Below, piece by piece: positions 38,548 through 59,679 of a stretch of DNA of 64,000 nucleotides (position 1 is its first letter; every line of letters starts with the position of its first letter). Position numbers and translations under genes: made by a program. The notes beneath the pieces are model-generated. The model had not been told where the DNA came from, ran no database searches, and saw only the letters and a program-made list of their open reading frames with translations. Origin of the DNA: the human T2T-CHM13v2.0 reference genome, Homo sapiens; NCBI RefSeq assembly GCF_009914755.1, contig NC_060936.1, one strand, 5' to 3'.

Positions 38548-39161
38548 CTGAGCAGCAGTGGAAGGGAATAAGCACCTGTGTGCAATGACTGGAAGAACCA
38601 ATCCGGTAACCAAGCACAAAACAGAATTTCCAACTCAGGAGAAAATGGAAGACGGCAAACGACACATAGCTCTGAGCTTTTGATTTTCCATGATCAAAGT
38701 ACAGGAAGTAGTGACTCTAATACTGATACCACAGTTCTCATTATCTTTGGGGCACCTATATAAACCACATGCAGCAATGTCCACTTCCTAAACTTATTCA
38801 GGGATTAGGTCACTTTTCCACTCAGAAAACTTTCAAGGATCTCCCCATTGACTTTTAGTATTTTTTCAAACTGTAGATCATGTTCCATTAGTGGATCATG
38901 AAATCAAGCTGGTGGGTTGCAAGTAGCATCTTAAAACCAAAACCAAACGAAACCAAAACAAAACAACAGTACCAAAAACAGCACAGAGTAGAAAATACAA
39001 AAGCTTATCACACGCTGTTAGAGAAGCTAGTGGTGGCTTCGTTTTATTTTTTTTTTAAATAAAACTTTTGTTTCAGTTTAACATGCACATGCATACATGT
39101 GTGTATATACTGGCTCATGATATAAAATACATTTCTTACTGTGGATTGGAATCCAAAATAG

Positions 39162-39719
<558 letters not shown>

Positions 39720-40025
39720 ATCTAGAATAAGCTTCCAAATTCCTTAGCATGGTATCCACTTCCTCTGCGAAGTAGCCTTAATCTCCTTCTCCCTACTCTG
39801 CTCCTGCCAAGCCAAGTGAGTCCCTATTTTCCTGGAACACCCCACATGTGCTCATGAACTACGGATGGCATGGAGCTGGTGTAACTCTGCAGTAAAGCAA
39901 TTTGGCAACATGTACCAAGTGCCTTTCACCCCAAAAATCCTGCATCAGGGAATCCAGGGAAAGAAAATAATCTGATATATGAAAAAAATCTTATGTAGGC
40001 TGGGCACAGTGGCTCACGCCTGTAA

Positions 40026-40208
<183 letters not shown>

Positions 40209-40219
40209 TGAGTAGCTAG

Positions 40220-40705
<486 letters not shown>

Positions 40706-41808
40706 TAACGATTACAGTATGCATACACTAGGAAAATGCTCATTAGCATACCAAATCAAAACTCAGGTTTGAAACTATTTGTACAACCTGATTCCATTTT
40801 TTGTTAACTACAATAAACTACACAAGGGGAAAAAAAGACTAGGAAATAATACCACAATATTAACAGTGGTTGTCCCAAGGTTTGGGGCCACAGGGCTGTT
40901 GGGGTAAGGTTGGAGGATAATAACGGATCTATGTTTTCTTCTATTTTTCCAATTTTTTTCCTAATCAATGTTTGACTTACATTACGAAAAAACTTGCTAC
41001 AAGGAGGCTGGGAATTTATACATATTTTTTCTCTTCTTGGAAAATCCCTTCCCACATACCTCCCACCCCTCCTATACAGCTGTCCCTGGGCCAACTCCCA
41101 GGCCGCCTCTCCCCCCACCATTCCCCATCCTGAACTTCAGAGCTCTTCTTTCATGCCTTCCTGGGTGCTACATGCTCTGGGACCACCCTGTTTCTTTGAT
41201 TTCCACCCACAACCCAGCATAGGGCTCTCCTGAAATAAATTCCTCTGTCAATAAATAGAGTTTTAAAAAGTATTAAAGGTGCCATTTTTTTGACAAACAA
41301 TAATAATAAGACTTTTTACAATCTTATCACTAAAGACCTTCCATACGTGTGGAAACGCCTCCTCATGCATGTCTCTCTCTCCGTCACCCACGTCATTCAT
41401 TCATCCATTCTTGTGGTAAATTGCACATAATATAAAAATTACTACTTTGTTTTACAGTGAATGATCCAGTAGCATTTAGTACATATACAACATGGTAGGA
41501 CCACAGCCAGTATCTAGTTCCACACTTTTTTATCCCAAAGGGAAACCCTGTAGCCAATAAGTGGTGACTCCCCATCCCCTTCCTGTAGTCCTGGCAACCA
41601 CGAGTCCGTTTCCCTCTGAATTGCAGGCCCTTCCTCTCTTCCTTCCTTTCTTTCTTTTTAAATATTTAAAAAAATTTTCACCTATTTTATTATTTTTTTG
41701 AGACAAAGTCTCACTCTGTCACCCGGGCTGGAGTGCAGCCGTGCGATCTTGGCTCACTGCAAGCTCCACCTCCTAAGTTCAAGCGATTCTCGTGCCTCAG
41801 CCTCCTGA

Positions 41809-42117
<309 letters not shown>

Positions 42118-42959
42118 TAGGGGTCTGTGGTGAGGCAGGGAGCTCTAGACACTCTGGGTCCTGGCCACCAGTGGGAGCATGGCCTCTTGCCAGTGCTTCC
42201 AATATTTTTCGTCATGGCCTAATTCAGGATTATTACTTAAAATGTATCACATTCTAAAGCTGACAGAAATAAATATCATGTGGGCCAAAACCAGCCAAAC
42301 CAAACATACTTGTGATCTACCTAATCACCCACCAAGGCCAGGCACTAACCAGCCATCCACATCTTCCATAGAGTGGCCTCGACCTTCTGTACCAGCCGTT
42401 TTTCTAAAATATTTCTCCAGCCATGCACTCCACTCAACCACGTTGCTTGGCTCGTCATGACTCTGTGTATGATGCCGACTGCCCCTGCCCCAGGATCTCC
42501 AACTAAACTCTCCACGTCTTTCCAACCAGCACAAACGCCACTGCTTCTGCCGCCTTCGTCAACTACTGCCGGCTGCAAGGATGTGTGCGTCGCAAATGCC
42601 AGTGCCCTCTGAGGGAGACCCTTGGCCTCTGCTCACAGGGGACAAGGACCGGCCTGGGCACTAAAATTCTGGCCAACTCTTGTGTCACCGACAACTGCAA
42701 TTTGCTCAGATGTCACTGAATCCTAGTGTCTGAAAGTCAGAGGTCAGTATTTTTATTGTTTCAAGGGTTCTCTGATTTCTATGTAAAGGAAGCAGCTTTC
42801 TAAAAACTGACCCTTTGGAGGCATGGTCTGATTATTCCACCTCCAGTTATTTCCAGTTTTTACGGTATTCTTAGTTATTTTTTATAAATATATTATAAAT
42901 ATAGTTTGGAATACACATACATATGCAGACACATATATAACAACCTCTAATTGAAATAG

Positions 42960-43236
<277 letters not shown>

Positions 43237-43655
43237 TGACCTCAAGTGATCTGCCCGCCTTGGCTTCCCAAAGAGCTGGAATTACAAGTGTGAGCCACCA
43301 CACCCAGGTGGTTCCATAATATTTCATAATGTACTCAACCACTGAGATTGTTTGGAAAATTCTGGTAAGAAAATGGAAATCGAAATTCTTATGCAAACCT
43401 CACTGATCCTCTTTTTTGGAATGATTCCTCAAGGCACATTCTTAGGCTTTGGGTTTTCTTTGGCCAAGGGTTAGAAAAGTTTTATGTGTTGCTAAATTGC
43501 TTACAAAAAGGTCTGTATTAATCTACACTCTGAATCATTAAAATCGGATCTCTGACTTTAAATTATGCTTAAGTGTGCAATATACAAACAGTAGCCTCCA
43601 CAAAGGATATTCTTCTCATATTACCTATTAGTGAAAACAGATGTCATGTACTTAC

Positions 43656-43830
43656 TGTTCTGAATGCCATAAATTTCATCAATGAGTCCTTCATATGTCA
43701 GCTGAGTGGCAAGAGGTGTTAATAAATCCACATTCCGATCAAGCAACAAGAGATTATCAAAAACAGGAAATATTGAATTCTGGCTTCCTGTAAACTCTCT
43801 CTTCATCCTGATCATCATATTGGCCACTTG
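43656..43830 (-). CDS. VPS33A: VPS33A exon 6: [10 protein letters not shown]...[32 protein letters not shown]
   Basis: tttccag| acceptor, |GTAAGT donor, 175 nt; SM-family DRxxDxxTPL..TYEGLIDE motif. Confidence 0.97.
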
Positions 43831-44052
43831 CTGGAAACAAAACATTGGATGAGGTGGGGCCCCCCTGGGAACAAGCAGATTTTAAAATTTGTCTAAAACC
43901 AGAAAGACAATCAAAAAAGTAAAAAAGGAGAAAAACTGGAAGAGTGCATTGCTTAGAAATAAGCAGCTCTAGAAAAGCACCTTGCTGTTGGCACCCATCC
44001 CGACACTTGCACCAAGGCAGCTGCCATTTGCCAATGAGGCATAAAATCAGGT

Positions 44053-44680
44053 CAGTCTATTCTTGTGATTCGCAGTAGTTATGTTCTATGAAGTCACTGC
44101 AAACACTAAATTAGCGAAGATGGAACCACTGTTCCTAGGAGAAACGCAGACTTAGGTTCCTGGGAGCCTCTGGTCTCAACGTTTCTGTCAATTGATCAAT
44201 ACGTAACCCAGTTTTATATGTGTTTCTGCTTAAAGATGCCTGACTTAACATAATTGTTGATCACTCACACTGAACTGACAGCCAGCAGCTCTGTGACTCG
44301 TGCCTGAACGAAGCGTCTCTGACACACGTAATGTCTCCGCCAGGCACACCACAGCCTTCTTGTGCACAAGACACCCGACTGCACCTCAGTCCTACATTTG
44401 CAGGCCATTTTAAACAGTGAAATCACCAAAAAAAGTACACACGTGTGGAAAATATGACAGTGAGACTGTGAAAAGTACACTTGTTTGCAGTCTGAGAGCT
44501 GAAATGGGAAGGTGGAGTGTCAGCTGCCTCAGTTGGGAACATGCGCAGTGGTTACTCAAACTGTCACCACTGTGCACGCCGACAAAAGCACCATGAGTAC
44601 TGACTTGGAGGGTTATAAGTGCATTTTAATCAGTAGGCAAATTCATGAGTACAGTATTCATAAATAATTAAGATCAACTG
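44053..44680 (-). mobile_element. MER82-like TcMar-Tigger DNA transposon fossil
   Basis: Minus strand begins CAGTTGATCTTAATTATTTATGAATAC...GAATTTGCCTACT and includes TTCAGCTCTCAGACTGCAAACAAGTG and GGTGATTTCACTGTTTAAAATGGCC, matching my recollection of the MER82 consensus; CAGTC/CAGTT termini. Confidence 0.75.
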
Positions 44681-44767
44681 AATTTGTTTGTAAGGAGCTT
44701 CCCGTTCCTCCTCCCTTTTGGGGTGTGAAGGGCCCTCCTTTACCACCACAAAGCAGCCGGTTCTCAC

Positions 44768-44884
44768 CCGAGCGCATTCTCCTTTCCCAAAGATCTGGGG
44801 GATCGTTCCATACAGAGCTTGCAGGGTCATCAGCCCCTTGGCTGCGTGGTACAGGCTCGTCTGGTCACCCTCCAGGTAGCACTC
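44768..44884 (-). CDS. VPS33A: VPS33A exon 5: [39 protein letters not shown]
   Basis: tcacag| acceptor, |GTGAGA donor, 117 nt. Confidence 0.96.
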
Positions 44885-45438
44885 CTGTGAGGGAAAAGGC
44901 CAATTATTGCCAGGCCATGGGGGCCTCCCAGGGGCCCATCTCTGTTCCTGGGGCTGGGGTGCAGCGACAGACAATAAAATCATTTCCAGTTATTTCACAC
45001 TGTGCCAGGAAAATTGGGGACTCAAGTTCATTTTCCAAAACTGCTGCCTGTCAGACCAGGCGCTGAGGCTGGCAGCCCCAGGGTGGGTGCAGCCGTGGAA
45101 GCACCTCTCCTGGGCAGAGCCGGGGCTTCTGGGAGAAAACTGTTCACCCAGCATGCCAGCTCTTCTGAATCAGCTCTTAAATAAAAGACGGAAGAATACA
45201 GACTTACACTGAACGATGGGTTCCCATTCACTGGTGAGAGTAAACTCTGGTAGGACATGCTGGGAGAGCGACATGCTAATACCCAGAAATGCAAAAGACC
45301 ACAGGACGAATACTTTATTGTTTTCAAAAAGGATGAGGCAGATTTTCATGACAACTGACAACTGAAGGCCACAATCTGTTGAGTATGATCTCATTTTATA
45401 AAAAATATATATTTTTGCATTGAAAAAAGGACCTCCAA

Positions 45439-45719
45439 CTCAGCAAACTATCACAAGGACAAAAAAACAAACACCGCATGTTCTCACTCATAGGTGGGAA
45501 TTGAACAATGAGAACACTTGGACACAGGAAGGGGAACATCACACACCAGGGCCTGTCGTGGGGTGGGGGAAGGGGGGAGGGATAGCATTAGGAGATATAC
45601 CTAATGTAAATGATGAGTTAATGGGTGCAGCACACCAACATGGCACATGTATACATATGTAACAAACCTGCATGTTGTGCACATGTACCCTAGAACTTAA
45701 AGTATAAAAAAAAAAAAAA
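45439..45719 (+). mobile_element. 5'-truncated primate L1 (L1PA4/5-like) 3' end with poly(A)
   Basis: CATGTTCTCACTCATAGGTGGGAATTGAACAATGAG...GTACCCTAGAACTTAAAGTATAAAAA; TSD GAAAAAAGGACCTCCAA (45422-45438) vs GAAAAAAGAATCTCCAA (45720-45736); lacks the L1Hs-Ta ACA diagnostic. Confidence 0.92.
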
Positions 45720-45976
45720 GAAAAAAGAATCTCCAAAATACACACAAAACCACCTGGGAAGGCTAGGTGCAGTGGCTCATGGCTGTAATCACAGCACTTT
45801 GGGAGGCTGAGATAGGAGGATTGCTTGAGCTCTTGAGTTTGAGACCAGACTGGGCAACATAGTGAGACCCTGTATCTATAAAAAATTAAATAATTAGCCA
45901 GGGATAGTAGCATGCATCTGTATCTGAGCTACTCAGGAGGGTAAGGCAGGAGGATCACCGGAGCCCAGGGATTTGA

Positions 45977-46291
<315 letters not shown>

Positions 46292-46429
46292 TGATCCGCC
46301 CACCTCGGCCTCCCAAAGTGCTGGGATTACAGGCGTGAGCCACCGCGCCCAGCCGACCCCATCTCTTTAAAAAAAAAAGAGAGAGAGAAAAAAACCACCT
46401 GTGAGGTGAGAGGAGGGAAGCAGTCACTT

Positions 46430-46665
46430 TTGATACAGGTGGATCAAAACACAGGTTCTAGACTCAGATTGCCTTGTTCTGAATCCAACTGTGTCACTTA
46501 CTAGCTGTGCCCTGGGCCAGTTAGAGAATCTCTTTGTGCCTCAATTTATTCATATGTAGAAGGGAGTATAGTCCACATAGGGCAAGTATTAAATGAGAAA
46601 AATACATGTAAAGCATTTAATCCCAGTACCTGAAACATACAGCAAATGCTCAGTAACAGTTAGCT
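46430..46665 (+). mobile_element. MIR SINE
   Basis: Core TCTGAATCCAACTGTGTCACTTACTAGCTGTG...CTTTGTGCCTCAATTTATTCAT and a TGTAAAGCATTTAA...TGCTCAGTAA 3' part. Confidence 0.7.
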
Positions 46666-47465
46666 TTTATTTGGAATTATTTAGGTTTTTTTACAACCAT
46701 TATCCACTCATAAGTCAATATGGTACATTTTATCAATTCCCTCCACCCCTACCAACCCAACATGTCCCTGCTGTCCACAGCCAGAACTGAGGGGGCCCTG
46801 AGGGTCCAGGGCCTGAGGAAGAGAGAGCGGGGTTGTCACTTGTCAGGCCCTCTGCCCCAGGGAGGAAGGATGGCAGACATGGTGGGGAGCGTTTGGTTAT
46901 TATTGAGAGTGTCGCCGGACTACTCTTTCAAGTGTGGTATATTTTAACGTTTCCCTGAATATGGCAGACCATCGAGAATATGTCAAAAGACACGCTTTTT
47001 GGCAAAACCACTTAAAACTCCAGATCAGATGAACGTTCAAGGGCAAAAGACATTGAGGGCTGGGTGCGGTGGCTCACGCCTGTAATCCCAGCACTTTGGG
47101 AGGCTGAGCGGGGAGGATCATGAGGTCGGGAGTTCTAGACCAGCCTGACCAAAATGGTGAAACCCCTTCTCTACTAAAAATACAAAAATTAGCCAGGTGT
47201 GGTGGCATGTGCCTGTAATCCCAGCTACTCAGGTGACTGAGGCAGCAGAATCACTTGAACTCAGGAGGTGGAGGTTGCAGTGAGCTGAGATTGTGCCACT
47301 GCACTCCAGCCGGGGCAACAGAGCAAGACTGTCTCAAAAAAAAAAAAAAAAAAGACATTAAGGAACTCCTCTCCAAATAGCATTCATATTTTACTTAATT
47401 TTTTTAAGTTGTACTACTACAAAGACATCTCTTTTACAATATTTTTTAAAAGATGTAAAAGTTAA

Positions 47466-47606
<141 letters not shown>

Positions 47607-48212
47607 TGAGTAGCTGGGATCATAGGTGCCCACCACCATGCCTGGCTAAGTTTTTGTGTTTTTAATAGAGATGGGGTTTCACCACGTTGCCGAGGCTGGT
47701 CTCGAACCCCTAACCTCAGGTGATCCGTCTGCCTTGGCCGCCCAAAGTGCCACCACACCCAGCCCAATACCCTTAACATTTAAATGCGCATTTTTTTAAC
47801 CCCAAAGTCTCACATACCCACACAGCAGAATACCTTGCAGAATACCATACAAGAGGCAGGTTTTATATATGCTGATTTTTATATATACGCGTAAAGGCCA
47901 CAGTACCTTAAGCAATGTTATTGAGCATTTGACTGGGCAGAACTCTAATTCCCACATTTTACACAGAACAATGACATAGATGGTCACAACTGTAACTCAA
48001 AACACAGAGAGATCTAGATGTACCTCCTGAAGCCAATCACAGAAATACGATTAACGTCATCTCCACCAAAAATCGGGGCTGACTTTAACATTAGGCTCTT
48101 AGGTCGAAGCTCTTAGCTGTGCCATCCGGATAAAGTCCTTTCTTTTTCTTTCTGCCACTTCCTCTAACTCCCCCAATCCACCCCCCCGCCTTTTTTTTTT
48201 TTTTTGAGATAG

Positions 48213-48374
<162 letters not shown>

Positions 48375-48729
48375 TAGTAGAGATGGAGTTTTGCTATGTT
48401 GCCCAGCCTGGTCTCGAACTACTGACCATAGATGATCCGCCCACCTCAGCCTCCCAAAGTGCTGGCAGGTAGGAGCCACCATGTCCGGCCAAAACAGCAT
48501 CTTAGGTGAATATACAAAGCCAAAGGCTTGAAATTGTCAGTAGAAAATAGTTCTGGCCAGGCGCGGTGGCTCACGCCTGTAATCCCAGCACTTTGGGAGG
48601 CTGAGGCGGTGGATCGCCTGAGGTCAGGAGTTCGAGACCAGCTTGGGCCACATGGTGAAACCCTGTCTCTACCAAAAACACAAAAAATTAGCCAGTGTGG
48701 TGGCTGGCGCCTGTAGTCCCAGCTACTCA

Positions 48730-48882
<153 letters not shown>

Positions 48883-49011
48883 TCATAAGTAAAATAAACA
48901 GGTTATTTCTCCTCTGCACAGATTTTGTCACTCCAAGAGAGTTTGCTTCGGCTGCTACCAATTCCCATTAAATACACAAATATGGATTAATTAAAAATGA
49001 GTATACCATCA

Positions 49012-49566
<555 letters not shown>

Positions 49567-49755
49567 CTACTGCCCCAGATTAACTTTTTTATTTTTCGCT
49601 TTTTCTGTGGCCGGGTCTCACTCTGTCACCCAGGCAGGAGTGCACTGGTGTGATCACAGCGCCCTGCAGCCTCAACCTCCTGGGCTCAAGTGATCCTTCT
49701 GCCTCAGCCTCCTGAGTTACTGGAATGACAGGTGCACATCACCACGTGTGGCTAG

Positions 49756-49893
<138 letters not shown>

Positions 49894-50058
49894 TAAATAA
49901 GTTTCATTTTTCCCCCTTTTGTGAAAACTGTCAACAAATTAACTCTTTTAACGAGGTGATCTCTGTAACAACACAATGGGGAAAAAAAGATTCCAATAAT
50001 TTTATGTACTATACCAGCGGTTCCCTAAAGTTCTAGTCTCTACCTTCGAAGTATTTTA

Positions 50059-50433
<375 letters not shown>

Positions 50434-51016
50434 TCATAAATCAAAGAAACATGGGTAAGTGTGATTATGTTAAAAACATACACACAGCCAAAATTACCAG
50501 AAGCAATGTCAAAAGAAATGACAAAGGCGAACGCAGCCTACAAAGGGCGCATGTGCAGAGGGGCCTACAAACAGGCTCATTCTCGGCAGCACTGCCTCCA
50601 ACAGCGTAGAGAGGAAAAAAATGCTCTCCAACAGAAAGCTGATTTAATACATTATGTACATCCAAACAATGGAACTCTATGCAGCTTCAAATGAGAATAA
50701 ACAAGTATTGCCATACGTGGTAGAAAATGACTCAGAGATATTATTAAGAGAATAACGCAACATACCAAAGTATATATATCATATGCTACTACTTGTACAA
50801 AAGTGGGGAGGGATTATATACTATGAGCTGTAGCTGCATATAATATCCCCCCACCCCAAATTAAAAGAGAAATAGTGATTGCTTCTGGGATAAGGGGCAG
50901 TCTGAGAACTGGGGTAAAAAGTAGCTTCAGGCCAGGCACAGTGGCTCACGCCTGTAATTCCAGCACTTTCAGAGGCCGAGGCAGGTGGATCATCTGAGGT
51001 CAGGACATCGAGATCA

Positions 51017-51546
<530 letters not shown>

Positions 51547-51579
51547 TTACCTGCTTTAGGGTGAAGGACTCACACTTCT

Positions 51580-54065
<2,486 letters not shown>

Positions 54066-54108
54066 ATTGTGAGTTTTTTTTTTTGTTTTTTGTTTTTTGT
54101 TTTTTTGA

Positions 54109-54216
<108 letters not shown>

Positions 54217-54511
54217 TAGCTGGGACCACAGGGACCCACCACCACACCCGGTTAATTTTGTATTTCTAGTAGAGACGGGGTTTCCCCATGTTTCCCAGGC
54301 TGGTCTCAAACTCCTGATCTCAGGTGATCCACCCGCCTCAGCCTCCTAAAGTGCTAGGATTACAGGCATGAGCCACTTACCTCAGCCAGTATTGTGAGTT
54401 ATAATAAATAAAGCTAATATTTTAAAATTTTAAAATTTAACTACTTTTAATGGGAAGTGTCTACATGATAAAAGACATTATACACAAAGTTAAGCCAGGC
54501 GCGGTGGCTCA

Positions 54512-54793
<282 letters not shown>

Positions 54794-55049
54794 TTAAAAG
54801 ACAAGTCACAGACTGGGAAGATACTTGCAGCTTTTATAATCCATAATGATCAACATCCAGAATATACAAAGAATTACTCAAAAAGAAAAAACGGGCAAAG
54901 AAAATGAACAATTTGTTGAACAGAAAATCTTAAACATCAATAAACATATAAAATGGGACTCAGCTTCACAGTAATCAGTACTGTGGTATGCTCACACTCA
55001 TAAACTGGGCAAAAATTAATGCCTGAAGTTAAGGAAATGCCAAACTTAC

Positions 55050-55236
55050 TTTGAATGCACCCTCTGATTCCATGGATAAGAGATCCCCATCGAATGGAAT
55101 GAGATCTAAGCTGTACTCCTCCCTGTGAATAAAGGATCCCAAGACACCCAGATCCTTCAACCGCTGTTCGCACAACAGGCTACGGCGTGGCACAAACAGA
55201 ATATGAAAATCTCTCGTTGGGCCTCGTCTATCTTCA
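55050..55236 (-). CDS. VPS33A: VPS33A exon 4: (S)[24 protein letters not shown]...[12 protein letters not shown]
   Basis: tttgcag| acceptor, |GTAAGT donor, 187 nt. Confidence 0.95.
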
Positions 55237-55528
55237 CTGCAAAGGAAGCAACATTTGTTAGCTTATGAGCTCCTAAGAGTCATGGACCATTTTGCTTTTT
55301 TTATCCCCACTGCCTGGCACATAGCAGGCACTAAATAAATGCTGGCTAGATAAATCATATAAATACTGACTCTCAGGCCGGGTGCAGTGGCTCACACCTG
55401 TAATCTCAGCACTTTGGGAGGCCAAGGCGGGCGGATCAGTTGAGGTCAGGAGTTCGAGACCAGTCTGGTCAAGGTGGCAAAACCCCGTCTCTATAAAATA
55501 TACAAAAATGGCTGGGCGCAGTGGCTCA

Positions 55529-56065
<537 letters not shown>

Positions 56066-56500
56066 TCACTGAGTCCTGGCGAGTACATTTTAGCATTCTC
56101 TTAAACCATTTATGGGGCATTGAAGCTCTCAGGTTGATTGAAATAGGATATCTGTGTCTCAATAAAAACAAATGGTTCTTCAACCAAAGCAATGCAGCCA
56201 CAAAGAGTCTTAAATTAAAATGAAAGATCACTTTTGACTCCCACTCCTACTCTCCTTGACAGAGAACTTCCAAAAATAGCCCATATGCTTTTAAGATTTT
56301 AGGGGCTGCAACAATCAATTGTACCACAGAGTGCAGACTCGGCTGGGAGCACTTCCTCTATAGACTGGATGCTATATTAAAATTTAATCAGCTTTTTTTT
56401 TTTTTTTGCTTATGAAATTCAAGTACATGCAGTATATTTAAAAATAACTGCTGGAGGTTTATTTTTTTAAACTAGGGCCCTTTTTACTGACACAGGTTTA

Positions 56501-56558
56501 AGCTTTTGGCTATCTTTAAAGAATGGGTAGCTTTTGGCTATCTTGAAAGAATGGGTAG
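56501..56558. repeat. 28-bp tandem duplication AGCTTTTGGCTATCTT(T/G)AAAGAATGGGT x2
   Basis: Read directly; one mismatch. Confidence 0.9.
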
Positions 56559-56643
56559 ATAGGATGATCCTCCTCTCCAACTGCTGACAACAACTTCCTA
56601 AGTTTCTCATCCTCTCTATTTTTAATTTTTGGGGGGTACATAG

Positions 56644-57115
<472 letters not shown>

Positions 57116-57360
57116 TAACTATAGTCACCCTGTTGTGCTATCAAATAGTAGGTCTTATTCTATTTTTTGTTGTACCCATTAACTATCTCCACCTCCCCCC
57201 AGCCCCCATCTTCTCTTTTATATTCTTCCATGCCTATCTCAGTTTTCCAAAAGACCACCTTGCACTGGCAAGAGTGAGGGTCTTCCATGAGAAGGAGCTC
57301 ATAAATTAAAAGCATTATAAGAACCAAACTCTTTTGGATCAAACACAAGCTCTGAGATAC

Positions 57361-57488
57361 CTGAGCACGTTTTCAGCGATTATATCCATCAACTCTAGCC
57401 TGGGTCTGACAAAAAAAATTATATTCTTCACATCAGCTGCCGGCAAACGATTTCCTTTAAGTGTGAACATTTTTTCCACTTCATGTTC
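57361..57488 (-). CDS. VPS33A: VPS33A exon 3: [42 protein letters not shown]
   Basis: gcctag| acceptor, |GTATCT donor, 128 nt. Confidence 0.95.
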
Positions 57489-57922
57489 CTAGGCAAACAC
57501 ATACACAAAAGGTTAACAAGAAGACTGAAATTTACCTATAATTTTCAGACTCAGAAATCATAAATACCCCCAATCAAGTGCACATTAATATTTTAATATC
57601 AAAATTTAGATTCCCTCAAAGCCAAATACATAAAGGACAAAGTTTCAGTAGAAAGCCACTGTTACTGCATCAGCATTCAAATGACTCTTACATGATGATG
57701 AACTATCAAAGACACCAGGAAATGGTCACATAATATAATGCTAGAATCAGTATAGAATCACTGGCCAATGGATACAAAATGTTAATCGGGCACTAGTATT
57801 AGTGTTTATAAAGACCAAACAGCTTTGCAAACCAATGATTCAGGAAGAAATATAAAATCCTATTGTAACTGCTAAAGTACAGAATTATTAATCCCCTAAC
57901 AAAACCCAAATAGCTCATTTAC

Positions 57923-57988
57923 CTTCAATAGTGAATACTGTGCAATCAGGCCAAAGGGTCCAGTTAGGTATTCATCCCAAACTATTGC
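57923..57988 (-). CDS. VPS33A: VPS33A exon 2: [22 protein letters not shown]
   Basis: cttacag| acceptor, |GTAAAT donor, 66 nt. Confidence 0.95.
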
Positions 57989-58306
57989 CTGTAAGAGGGG
58001 AGAAACATTCTCTTATTATAGTTAATATCAGGAATTTTAACAATACCAATAAAAAATAGCCTAACAGGAGGAGTATTTGCTTCAAATTCTGAGTTAAAAA
58101 ATTTTATCCTAGTGTTACAAAATTAAAATAATAATAATACATAAAGGAGAAAAAAGAATTTAAAAATTTTTTGGGGTTTTGCTGTTATTTTGTTTCTGAG
58201 ACGGAGTCTTGCTGTGTTGCCCAGGCTAGCGTGCAGTGGTGTGATATCAGCGTACTGCAACCTCTGCCTCCAGGGTTCAAGTGATTCTCCTGCCTCAGCT
58301 TCCTGA

Positions 58307-58570
<264 letters not shown>

Positions 58571-59679
58571 TGAGAAAGGAGTTAATCACTGTCCTGAACA
58601 GAAAGAAGGAATTTTAGTTGTTGTATATCTGTGTCATGGTATCATTAAATTGAGCCATATGGAAATTGTCAACTATACAAAATTAAAACCTACAATATAG
58701 GTATTACAAATCTTATTTTGGCAAAAGAGGATTTTTTTTCTTTTTTTTTTTTTTTTGAGATGGGGCAGTGGTGGAATCACAGCTCACTGCAGCCTCGATT
58801 TCCTGGGCTCAGGTGATCTTCCCATCTCAGCCTCTGGAGTAACTGGGACTACAGGTGTGTGCCACCACATCACGCTAATTTTTATTTTAGTAGAGATGAG
58901 ATTTTGCCATGTCACCCAGGCTGGTCTCCAACTCTGGGCTCAAGCGAGCTGCCTGCCGTGGCCTCCCAAAGTACTGGGATTACACCGCACTTCCTATTCC
59001 ACCACGCCTGGCCAAAAGAGAAAATCCTTAAAAGCTCAGTAAATTCAAGTAACTTTCCAAGGCCATATAGACCTTGGACCATACAGAGTGAAAGGGAGTG
59101 AGGACTCCAACCTAGGACTTTTTGACACCATGAGTCATTGCTTTGGGCCCCTATGAGTATTTCTACCGCTAAACTCCAGTATCATTTCTTTTTCTTATTT
59201 ATTTAAATAATTGTACATTAACGTTTAGTTAAAAGAAATAATACAGAGCGAGCCCCTGTACACTTTGCTCAGTTTCCTCCAGGGGTAACATATTACAACC
59301 AGGATACTGACATTGATACAATCCATGATGTTATTCAGATTTCAGCATCCTTTTCTGAATTGAAACTGGGCCCCTATGATGTAGACTGCTTTCTTCTCTC
59401 AAAGGCTGCTAGCACCCACTTTACCTCTTGGGGTTCTGTTCTCTACAAGACTGAGGCTCCCCAGTTCGACTTTTCACAGTTGTACTGTCAGTAACTTAGG
59501 GTGACTGATAAACCCTAAGGGGATGAAGGAGAGGTGACACTGTTTAAAAGAAATCCTATAAAATCTCTGATCTAGTTCCTGACTCCCTTGTGAAAAGGGT
59601 GCTACTAGAGAAGTTATACTGTTTTAGGAGGCCAGGTTAAAAGCCCAAATGATTACAACTTCTCTCATAACACGCGTGA

